Assembly (NCBI RefSeq): GCF_035594765.1
Contig: NC_085841.1
Location: 260,864,525-260,928,524 of the forward strand
Length of the DNA stretch: 64,000 nt
Source: Anolis carolinensis
Taxonomy: Eukaryota
Direction: 5' to 3'
Shown: piece after piece, positions 50,924 to 61,923 of the stretch
Layout of the letters: every line of letters begins with the position of its first letter
Numbering within the stretch: position 1 is the stretch's first letter
The notes under the pieces: generated by a model
The model's input: the letters and a program-made list of their open reading frames with translations, nothing else
Told to the model about the DNA's origin: nothing
Databases searched by the model: none
Made by a program: the position numbers and the translations under genes

Positions 50924-52442
50924 TTTTATGAAAGACTGATGCTCAATAATACCTCTCCTGACAGAGAAAGCAGAATCAGGAGAATACTTCAAAGTCTTCC
51001 ACATGAAGCCACAGAAGCAGAATTTAATGACTGTCTTGGGGAGAGGGGGGTAGGAAGGAAGGACTCTAGCAATAGCTGCTCTCTCCCCTGCCATCACTAA
51101 AAAGACTTTAAAGAAAGGGGCAGGTTTCTCCATCTACCTCCTCACTCACCCCCCTCTATCAGCACCCTCCCATATTGTGCATCCATTACTGATTCATAAT
51201 GCACCTGGACAAAGTAGGGTAAATGACACAATGAAAAAAGGGAGCCACCAGGAGGAACAGAGAGATGGTGGAAATGCAGCATGACCTCTGTATCCATTGG
51301 AAGTATACTACAGAATCACCAGGAGCACCTGAAAGTTCTTACGGAGGAGATATTTTGTCAGATGTCAATAAATGAAACACAAGTACTGGTATCACTGATA
51401 TGGGGGGCATCCTGTGTTCAGCATAGTCAAGAGATAGACCTGAAGCTGAGTCAACCATTGTAAATTTCAGGCAGGAGGTTGGAAGGTTTTTCCACCTGAA
51501 GAGCACATCTGTGTGAGAGAAACTCTTCTTTCAATGAGATATATGCACAGAGAGGAGATGATCCCCCAAATCATGATGGCAGCTGCCACACCGTTCCACA
51601 TTATATGCATCCCAAAACAAGGGGCAGGAGGGTTGATCGGGGGTGGAGCAGACCTCTCTAAAATGATCAGGCAGCTAGGACTGGATCACCAGGATTCTTT
51701 CATATACATTTGAGCCTCTGGTGAACTACCAGTCTGAAGAGCCACAAGTTATGTCATTTTTCTAGTTGCTAAACAGATTTCCCCCTTTCCCTAATATATT
51801 AATTTTACGCTTTTAACTGTGTTATAGCATTTTGTTAATTATTTTGCTATTGTATTCACATTGTTAATTGCTTTACATGGTGGCATTATTTTGCATTCTG
51901 TGATTTTATTTTCTGTAAACATACTCATGCAAGTACAAAAAATTAATAATGATCTGCTGTGTTGAGTCATGCCACCTTAAAATTGTAGCAGAGTCCCTGA
52001 TCCTTCAACAGATGATTAAGAGGGAGCTGGGCTAGCAGTAAAAGTCAGCTAGCAAGGCCAGCAGAAGCGCTAAGTTCGACTTTTGGAAGGAGCACATGAT
52101 AGCAGCAACCTTCATGTCCAGAGGGTGAGGTGTTTTGGACATTGGCAAAAGTACTCAGCAAGGAAGTTTTTGGCTCAAGATTGCTGTGTAGAGTAACTTT
52201 CCAAAACAGAAGGGGCCCATGCAAGTCAAGGGAGAATAGCAAATTTGGCAGTCCTAGAAAACTACCATCTCCTCAACCTGTTGCTATAGCTGGCCCTGAC
52301 TTCAAAGATAATTTGTATATTGTTTGGAATTCCCAACAAAGCATCATAATGTGAGGAGTGTACAGCAGCTTAAATCTAAAACTGTCAATACTCTGACTTT
52401 AGCTGTACTTGTTGAAGGCAATGACAAAAAGATTCCCCTAAC

Positions 52443-52590
52443 CTGTGTTTGTAGCAAGAATAACATCTGCATGTGTCAGGATTTCAGTCATTGCCATTTC
52501 CTCTCGCTCTTTTAGCTCCTTTCGCAGTGTCTTGATCTCATTCAGAAAATGGCTTCTTTCCCCTTTGTCTTGGGTTTTTCTGTTCTTAAC
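52443..52590 (-). CDS. IGHMBP2: IGHMBP2 coding exon (human exon 7 equivalent, 148 nt)
   Basis: Translates [49 protein letters not shown](G). Acceptor CAG at 52591-52593 and donor GTTAGG at 52442 down (minus strand). Peptide matches IGHMBP2 as recalled. Confidence 0.96.
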
Positions 52591-54282
52591 CTGCACAAAA
52601 ACAGAACAGCAAGGGAAAAAAACCTTAATAAAACAACCTACAGCCAGGCACAACCAGATAATAATAAGGCCAACAGAAGCTCTTACATAAAAGCGGGATA
52701 TTGTACTATTACAGTGCTCTTGGCTCTTAAACCTGCTGACAAAGCTTTGATCTATATGAGAAAAGTACATATATTTAGTTCACATTTTCCAGGAGTGCAA
52801 AATTTTAATTGACTTGTTGTTAATGAAAATTGTATTCCTTGGTATTAGTTTGATAAATACTATGCTTTTATATAATAGGTTACTGGTAGTATTTCCCTAA
52901 TGTAATTATCATCTTCTGTCATAAGCTATGAAATACTAATAAAATGCAATACAATGTCAAATTCCAAGAAACACTTTTTAAAGAAAAATGTGTTAGGTTT
53001 CCATGGGGCTTCTATGAGAAAACAAATAGTATCTATGCAGGGAGATCTAAAATGTTTCATCACCTAAGCAAGTTGCACAGTATGACACCACCTAGCACCA
53101 AGAAACACCCAACAAGATTAATCAGTCAGTGACACATGTGCCTAAATTAAGCTGAAATGATGATAGATGTAAAATTGGCAGCAAGGAAAGGAAGGAAAGA
53201 CTTTCATATGCTTCCCATTTTGGCAAAATTAGTATTCCTTTCACCTCAGGTAATTTCATTTTGCTTCTTCAGTTGCTCTGCATTAACTGGATAAAAACCA
53301 TAGTTCAAACAGGGATGCACCAAAGCAAGAACCAAGGAGATACACTGAACCAAGGCAACCTACCACAAACACTGTGATAAAAATTACAAAAGTTGTTGTG
53401 CTTCCCAGCACTTTCTAATTTGAATTTCCTCCCACAATAGTTGGCTCCAAGGTGAGGAACACAAGCAAAGGCTTGGACTACTGTTCTGCTACATCAACAG
53501 AAGTAGTTTCTGAATACAATAAAATGCCCCTTCTACTCACAAACAGCTTCATTCTGAAAGTGAAACACAGCACCCAACTAAAGTATTCAGTGGCAAGCTT
53601 TTTTAAAATGAAAACCTGGAAAAAGAAGTACAGTGTAAACGGGCTGAACCCAATTAATTTTCAAGATGCAATTTATAGAAGAGCTGACAAAGAATGTCAC
53701 TTTCCTTCTTTTAACAACCACAAAAAAATCTTTAGTGCCACTTTGAGCAACAACAGAGCTGCCATTAGTAGCCTGGTTGCACACTGCCCCAGAGAATGGC
53801 TTAATGTGAACAATGCTATATCATGCTCTATCACTCCCAGAGGCATAATGAAGCTGCTCCCTCTGACCAGTCACAGAGCCATCCTCCCCTTAAAAAGACT
53901 CTGGGAATAGTCCATGTATCTCCTGTAATACAGTGCAGTGCGGTTAAAGTGCAACTCTGCTCTGGCCTGACATTGTGAGACAGCTTGTTCTTTCGTTGTT
54001 CGATGGGAAAGAAGCGGAACATTCTCTGCAGCTGCCTCTTGTATATCTTCAGCCCACCTCTGAAAATTAATCAGTTTTGCTTGTCCACAAGAAATCTGCT
54101 GAATGAAAATGCCTCCCACGCTCCACTTTTGTGAAAACAAAAGGGTTCTGAGAAATCTGAGGTGTCTGGCACAATACTAATGCAACTCCTTCTGTGTATA
54201 AAGTGAAGGGATAAGTTCCAAGCCAATGAATCCTTGAACCACAACCCAATCCATCGAAGTTTTAAACTCTGAATATGTTTTA

Positions 54283-54433
54283 ATGGATTTTAACTGTGAA
54301 TTTTAAAATGCTGTTTATATTTAATTCTATTTTAATGTTTGCATATTTGTATATTTTAAATTGTATGCTAATGCTTTTATGTCAAGCCGTTTTGAGTCAC
54401 CTCCGGGAGAGATAAAGTAGAGTATAAATAAAC

Positions 54434-54470
<37 letters not shown>
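54283..54470 (+). mobile_element. L2-type 3' end remnant ending in (TAA)12
   Basis: Paralogous to 2265-2776. TAA array at 54435-54470. Confidence 0.65.
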
Positions 54471-54472
<2 letters not shown>

Positions 54473-56453
54473 TCTTGAAGAAAAAAACATCTTGCCAGAT
54501 GAACAGAAAGGCAACAAACGGAAAAGCAGGGGCACAAAAGACCAGTTATTGATTGACAAAATGATTCTGGAGAACTGTAAGAGCCGAAAAGCTAATCTTC
54601 ACATGACGTGGATTGACTACAAAAAGGCCTTTGACTCACTCCCACACAGCTGGATCATCAAGTGCCTGGACGCCATCGGGATTTGTAAAACAGTTGGCAC
54701 CTTCATTGAAAACATGATGGAGCACTGGAAAACTGAACTGTTTGTTGGAAATGAAATCTATGGACTTGTCAACATCAGGAGAGGAATTTTCCAGGGAGAT
54801 TCATTGTCCCCTCTGCTTTTCATTATTGCCATGATCCCTCTGTCAACAATCTTACAAAAAACAAATCTCGGCTATCAAATATCTAAGAATTCTCACAAAA
54901 TTTCACATTTGATGTACATGGATGACCTGAAGCTATATGGGAAAACGGAAACTGAAATCCAGTCTCTGACCAACACTGTCCGAATTTTTAGCACTGATAT
55001 CAACATGGAGTTTGGTTTGGACAAATGTTCGACAGTGGCATTGAAGAAGGGAAAAATCATTGAAAGTGAGGGCATAAATATGCCCAATGGCCAAACAATA
55101 AAGTGTCACCAGCCAGAGGCCTATAAATATCTGGGCATACTACAGCTGGACAACATCAAGCATGAACATGTGAAAACTGTGGTCAGCAAAGAATACACAC
55201 AAAGGGTCAGAAAAATTCTCAAAAGCAAGCTCAATGGAGGCAACACCATCAAGGCCATAAACACCTGGGCCATACCTGTCATAAGATATACTGCTGGCAT
55301 TATAAATTGGACACAGGTGGAATTGGACAATTTGGACAGAAAAACAAGAAAACTCATGACCATTCATCATTCACTGCACCCTCGCAGTGATGTTGACCGG
55401 CTATATCTGCCTAGAAGATCAGGGGGCAGAGGACACTTACAAGTAAAGCAAGCAGTCAAAGAAGAAGAACATGCCCTGGCAGAATATGTCAAGCAAAGTG
55501 AAGAACCTGCTTTGATTGAAGTCAAAAATCAGAAACTCCTCAAAACACAGCAGACAAAAAACCAGTACAAGAAAACCGCACTACAAACTAGAGCTGACAG
55601 CTGGCACAACAAAACACTGCATGGAAAGTTCCTTGACAAAATTGAAGGAAAAGCTGATAAGGAGAAGACCTGGCTCTGGCTCACGAATGGGACCCTGAAG
55701 AAGGAGACAGAAGGCCTGATCCTTGCAGCCCAGGAGCAAGCCATCAGAACAAATGCAATTAAGGCCAAGATCGAAAAATCAGCTGATGACCCAAAATGCA
55801 GACTGTGCAAGGAAACCGACGAAACCATTGATCATATCCTCAGCTGCTGTAAGAAAATCGCACAGACAGACTACAAACAGAGGCACAACTATGTGGCCCA
55901 AATGATTCATTGGAACTTATGCCTCAAGTACCACCTCCCAGCAGCAAAGAACTGGTGGGATCACAAACCTGCAAAAGTATTGGAAAATGAGCACGCAAAG
56001 ATACTGTGGGACTTCCGAATCCAGACTGACAAAGTTCTGGAACACAACACACCAGACATCACAGTTGTGGAAAAGAACAAGGTTTGGATCATTGATGTTG
56101 CCATCCCAGGTGACAGTCGCATAGATGAAAAACAACAGGAAAAACTCAGCCGCTATCAGGACCTCAAGATTGAACTTCAAAGACTCTGGCAGAAACCAGT
56201 ACAGGTGGTCCCGGTGGTGATGGGCACACTGGGTGCTGTGCCAAAAGATCTCAGCCGGCATTTGGAAACAATAGACATTGACAAAATCACCATCTGCCAA
56301 CTGCAAAAGGCCACCCTACTGGGATCTGCACACATCATCAGAAAATACATCACACAGTCCTAGACACTTGGGAAGTGTTCGACTTGTGGTTTTGCGAAAC
56401 GAAATCCAGCATATCTATCTTGTTTGCTGTGCCATACAACGTCGTTGTGTTGA
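54471..56453 (+). mobile_element. 5'-truncated R4-clade (Dong/Rex6-like) non-LTR retrotransposon with an intact RT plus restriction-like endonuclease reading frame (54471-56363)
   Basis: Uninterrupted frame with [25 protein letters not shown] (RT), CRLC-x8-H-x3-CC zinc knuckle, RHN, and PD..D..K RLE motifs. Short 3'UTR, (TAA)5 at 56454-56468. No start codon because it is truncated. Confidence 0.92.
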
Positions 56454-57178
56454 TAATAATAATAATAATTGTTCTCTAGGGACATGGTATGAGCTAGTAA
56501 TCTACCCCATGTCGCTGTGTTTACAGTGTACACTGAAGTTACTGGCCAATAACATGACCCTCGTCTTTTCTTTTAATAATAAACTGTAATGTTTCAAGGC
56601 CTAAAAAAAATAACACCTTAAACAATAAAGAATCCGAAATTTGAATGTTCCCTAGCAAATTACCAAGTATATTGCAAATGATGAGAAAGCAGCACAGAAC
56701 TGTTCAGAATTTTTTCAAATCCCATATAGCAGGAAATCTAACACCAATGAAAGAGTACCAATTCTCCTTACTTGGCTTTCTGTTTTCCATAAATAACAAG
56801 AGCAAGTCAAGGTGAAATCCTTCAAATGGAACTTTGATTGCATTATGTCCAAAATCAAATAAAGATGGCAAAGCAGCAATAATTTTCCCAATTTCTGGTC
56901 ATAGATAAATAGATTATCCAATTCAATAATTTGCTGAGGATGAGGGATTTGCCAAAAGGTTTAGTTTTTCTGCATTTTCACAAATAGGAAAACACTTACT
57001 GTAACATCACTAAGGCAATTAAAGCTGATAAGGGAAAACCAAGAAGTGCAGAAATTCTCAGGTGAGGATACCATTATGCAAGTGCAAGCATGGAGTAAAA
57101 TTTTGTATTGCAGCTTTACCCCCTTCTCTCTCTCCTTTTTATAGAATCAGTCAGCTGCAATCTACGACATTAAAGCTA

Positions 57179-57512
57179 TAGTAGAGTCTCACTTATCCAA
57201 GCTTCGCTTATCCAAAGTTCTGTATTATCCAAGGCAGTCTGCCTTTTAGTAGACATTGTTTTTGTAGTAAATGTTGCAATGTTTTGGTGCAAAATTCGTA
57301 AATCCAGTAATTACTACATAACGTTACTGTGTATTGAACTGCTTTTTCTGTCAATTTCTTGTAAAACATGATGTTTGGGTGCTTAATTTGTAAAATCATA
57401 ATGTAATTTTATGTTTAATAGGCTTTTTTCTTAATCCCTCCTTATTATCCAAGATTTTTGCTTATCCAGTGTTCTGCCGGCCCATTTATCTTGGATAAGT
57501 GAGACTCTACTG
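57179..57512. mobile_element. pogo/Tigger-type MITE
   Basis: tagtagagtctcacttatccaag / cttggataagtgagactctactg. Same family and orientation as 43062-43384. Confidence 0.88.
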
Positions 57513-57976
57513 CATAACACATGTGATCAAAGTGCAGCTTATTTGCTGTACATAGTCCATGCACCTTACTGAAGCTTCACACCAGTCATCAAATCCTCCC
57601 TTCAAAATTTTTAAATTAGCATCATTTTTAGACTTTTTTTTTCTTCAGGAAACCTCAAAGAACCCTGCACCATACTCCAACAAATCCCATAACCTTGTTC
57701 TACCCCCAAATACTTTGTTTTTTCTCTCTCAAAATTTAGGAAATATCACTTTCTGCTTTGAGGAATTTTGAAAGGGACTACACAGGAAAACAGTGGTATT
57801 TGGGCTTGCTGGGTTAAGGTGGGGTCTAGCCCTTTTAGTGGGGAGGGCAATAGGTCCCTACACAGCTCACACCCAGTTTATAAGAGCTAAGCAATCCAGT
57901 TTATTTTGCTTGTCCAATTAACAGTATTTATGTCCGAAATTTTGGGCAGGGGAACTAAAAACCTACGGATACCACC

Positions 57977-58306
57977 GGAGCCCCCTGGTAGCGCAGCGGA
58001 TTAAATGGCTGAGCTGCTGAACTTGATGACCAAAAGGTCAGCGGTTCAAATCCGGGGAGCGGAGTGAGCTCTCGCTGTTAGCCCCAGTTTCTGCCAACCT
58101 AGTAGTTTAAAAATATGCAAATGTGAGTAGATCAATAAGTACTGCTCCGGCAGGAAGTAATGGTGCTCCATGCAGTCATGCTGGCCACATGACCTTGGAA
58201 GTTTCTACGAACAATGCCAGCTCTTCGGCTTAGAAATGAAGATGAGCACCAACCCCAGAGTCAGACAGGACTAGAGTTAATATCAGGAAAATCTTTACCT
58301 TTTACC
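57977..58306 (+). mobile_element. Sauria SINE, full length
   Basis: Head ggagccccctggtagcgcagcgg, B-box ggttcaaatcc, tail tctttaccttttacc. Confidence 0.88.
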
Positions 58307-59398
58307 CTCATTTTGCAATGGTCTTATTTCGACTCGTCTCTGTCAATGCAAAGTCACTACTTCCAGTATTCAAAGAGATGGTGATGGTAATGATGATGAT
58401 TTTTCATTCATCCTTCCTTCAAAAACCTAGGATGATTGCTCCCCTAATCTACGGTATATCATCACAACAATGTAGTGAAGAATTTGAGGTTGAGTGACAG
58501 CAATTGACTCAAAATCACCTAGTTTATGCATGAAAGGACATGTGAACCCACATCTCCTTTACCCTAATCTCGCACTCCAATTCCTACACCACAACCTCTC
58601 TTAAGTATGGAGCACCACACAAATAAATAGCTGCCACAGTGGGATTGCTTGCTGTCCTTCAATTTAAATAACCTACCATTGTGATTTAAGGTGATATTGA
58701 CACCACTGCTCCACATTGCATAATGTCTATCCCTGCTTGTTCTATTCCATAAAGTTCTCTGCTGCAATTTGCCCCCCCTTTTTTTTAAACTGTGATAAAG
58801 CCAAATTAAAGTCACAAACAGATGCCTCTTCAACAGAACAGCAGGAAATATATATATATACCAGGCCATAAAAGGTGGGATGTAGGAATTCTTTATGCAG
58901 TAGAAATCTTTTTTTTAAACCTTGGTAAATCACTCTGTGGTAGGTCTGCCTTAAAACCTCTGGCTGCCACTGTGGGCTTAGAGAACAGATTGTATCTCAC
59001 CTGCAAAAACCAGAAACATAGACTGAAGGTGTGTAAAAGCAATTATCTTCATATAGTAAAAGAGCCCTTGGGAAGGTAAGCTGCCATTATATTGATTTTT
59101 TACCTACTTTTTCCTATTTTTGTGTATCTCCTTCCTATCCCAAGTCTATCTCCCCTACTGAAAAAAAAAATTCCTCCGCTGAAATTGGCTAGAAATTGTG
59201 AGCTGATATGACATCACATTACATCCAATTGCACCTAAATGCACAGGTATGGCCTTGGGGTAGGGGTTTGCTGCCATATCCTCTGCGGTTTCTTCTGTTC
59301 CTGGGCAGATAGGTTTAGACATATAAAGACACACCTGGAATATCACTGACATTTCCTCATCAGTTCTTTCTGGTTTATGCTCACTCTGTGTGACTTAT

Positions 59399-60894
59399 TG
59401 TCAAAAGTCAGACGCCAACTGAGAGCAAAGTATAGTTTATTAAAGTAATAGTCCAAATATAGTTCAAAGAATTAGCAGAAACTTAAAACCCTTAAACTTC
59501 AGTGTTATTAAGTAGTTAAAACAGAAGAAATGCCAAAAACACGAACTGACATATAATCCGGATTAACCAGAGATAAAATCCGGACTAAACATAAAATACT
59601 TGAACTCAGCCCAAAAGCACAAAACGGGCTTGAAATGGTGAAACAGACAAAAGCAAACAGCTACAAAGCCTCCAAAACCTTCCCAAAATTCAGGAGTACG
59701 AAAGTAGCTTTAAACCAAAACAAACACCCAAACTGGGCTGGAGAACTCTCTGTTGAGAGCAGCAAAGCAAGCGGAACAGAAAGACGCAGGCGAGCCCGCA
59801 GCAAACCGCTGCTGGAGCGAAGGCCAAGCCAGGAGTTAAAGGAGCAGAGCAGGAAAAGTCGTCAAGCCGGTCCGAAGTCGGGATAAGTAAGCAGCGTCAA
59901 ACCGCTGCAGGAGCAAAAGCCAAGCCAGGAATTGAAGGAACAGAGCAGGACAACGTCGTCAAGCCGGTCCGAAGTCAGGATAAGCAGCCAGCGTTAGGGT
60001 CAAGAGCGAAGCCAGTAGTCAGCAACAGAAAGCAGCCACGGAATTGAGAACGACGCCAAAACAAGTTTTGGGAGCGAAGAGCAAAGCCGAGTCAAATTCT
60101 AGTCCAAGGAGTTGAAGTCATCAAAAAAAGGTCCACATCATGGAATGGCACAGAAAGCCAAAACAACAAAAGCAAACAGCAGCTAATGCAAAATAGTAAT
60201 AACAATGCAGTCCAGGGAAACCCACACAATTCCAGCCCTCCGTTGCAGAATAACCTGGATCAAACTTACATCTGTTGCAAAGTCCCAAGCCAGTCTTCAG
60301 AATCACGTACAGGAAACCCAATGGCGCCCAGCAACACCTTGCCACACGTAAAGCATAATGGTCAAACACCACCAATTTATTTAGGTTTCCTTGGGCGTCC
60401 AACCTTCTAACGCCCTAGGATCAGGTGTCCCAAATTCTTCATCAGAATCTGAGCTCCAAACAGCCAATGCCCTTGGATCAAGCATCCCAAATTCTTCATT
60501 AGAATCAATATCATTCTGCCCACACCCAACTCTGTCCACACCTGTGGAACCACCCTCATTCCTTCAGGCAGACCATGTGGGATCTGCTTCTGAAGATACC
60601 CAAGCCTCTCCAGCATCAACAGCATCCATGGATCCAGATTCCTCCCCAAGCCCTTCCGGAACCCATGCCCAATCTATGCCAGCTTCCTCAGTCACCACTA
60701 GTTCCTCAGCATCCATTTCCACCTCAACACCCTCTCCCAAATCCTCACATATATCTTCCTCAGAAGATTCCTCATCAATCTCCCTGATTCTCTTCCTATA
60801 TAAATCTTCCAGCGAGCCCTCCTCACGAGGATTCTTCCTTCCTCTCCTAATCCCACTATTATTACTCACAACCTCAGAAGACTCATTCACAACA
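59399..60894 (-). mobile_element. Long solo LTR (Gypsy-type), 1496 bp
   Basis: TGT...ACA ends. Perfect 5-bp TSD cttat (59394-59398 / 60895-60899). Minus-strand AATAAA at about 59437. Internal duplication of about 96 bp at 59803-59995. Confidence 0.85.
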
Positions 60895-61231
60895 CTTATG
60901 TAATAATCCCCGGTTTTCATTAATCAGGCTTGGGCAGCTTGGGAACCATTACAACAAAGAGGTTTCAAACCCTTTTCCTCTCATGCCAGGCACTTCCAAA
61001 CCAAGCACAAATGACAAGCACTTGAGCAGGCTACAAAATGTGTTACTAGGGTGGGAACACTAAAAAATAATGCTGACCCATATGTTCCTTGGTTTGCCTA
61101 TTGTGATGCAAAACTATTAAAGAAGCTTGGACAACATAGGGCAGAGTGATTTGACTTTCATACTGGGATAGATGGAAGTCAAGTAATCTAACTATTCTGC
61201 TCACCTCCTTCGCAACACCAAGAACCCTTCA

Positions 61232-61923
61232 TGTGCCGTCGCGCCTGGGGCTGTAAACTCTTAGTGAAAGAGGCATGGACGTGACATCTTTCCCCAGGGG
61301 ATTGCTTCTTGCCCTCCTTTAGGGAAACTGGAACTCCCAAGGACCAAAACACTGTAGTTAACTCAAAAACTGGGTTTATTCTTCACAAAGGGGGTAAAAG
61401 AAAATATACATTACAGTCTTTGATTGTTTAAGTCCATGAAGCTTGTCCAGATCCCTCTTTCTCTGGCTGTGAATGCCGGAGCAAACTCAGCCTCAGTCCA
61501 ATGACCTATGTCTGAAGACAAGAGTCTTCCTCTGTTGCCAAAGGACTGATGTGAAGGCGCTTGAGACTCCTCAACGTTGTTCAGGTTGGCCCTGAACATG
61601 AAGTGTGAGTCCCAAGGGTAAGAACCTCAGAATTGGTGCTGAGAGGTAACTTTTGAAGGGCTTTCAGAGCCAAGCCTCTCTTTCACGTCCATCCGATAGA
61701 GTGGAATGAAAAGGAGGAAACACAGTCCTACTCCAGGAAGAGGTGGAGCCAAACAGTTTTGCTGAGTGAGCAATATAACAGGTACAAACAACATTGATTG
61801 ACAGATATAAATAACCAATCCAACTACATTTACAGGGTAAGGGCAAAATCAGGCATGATACAACAATTCAAATCTTGAAACTTATAGTTCCAACATATAG
61901 ATGGCGCCACTCGCGCCGTCACA
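61232..61923 (-). mobile_element. 3' LTR of BEL/Pao element (692 bp)
   Basis: Begins TGTGACGGCGCG right after the purine tract AGGCCGGGAG. Ends CGCGACGGCACA (10/12 inverted match). AATAAA at 61375-61380. Confidence 0.85.

Noticed and set aside
53871-54140. Minus-strand 89-aa ORF with faint Rab-like wording (NFQRWAEDIQEAAAENVPLL)
   Set aside because: No GTPase motifs (GxxxxGKS/T, DTAGQ, NKxD) in this frame or in the overlapping ORFs in the track. Treated as chance.
54492-56363. 623-aa ORF as a domesticated host gene or an autonomous element
   Set aside because: It is truncated within the RT region, has no native ATG (the track start is TTG just after TAA stops), and retains the element 3'UTR and tail. 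Recent insertion explains the intact frame.
57977-58060. tRNA-like A/B boxes
   Set aside because: This is the head of a Sauria SINE, with no complete cloverleaf.
60391-60903. 170-aa Ser/Pro-rich plus-strand ORF
   Set aside because: It is the antisense shadow of the acidic minus-strand frame inside a solo LTR. There is no independent support.
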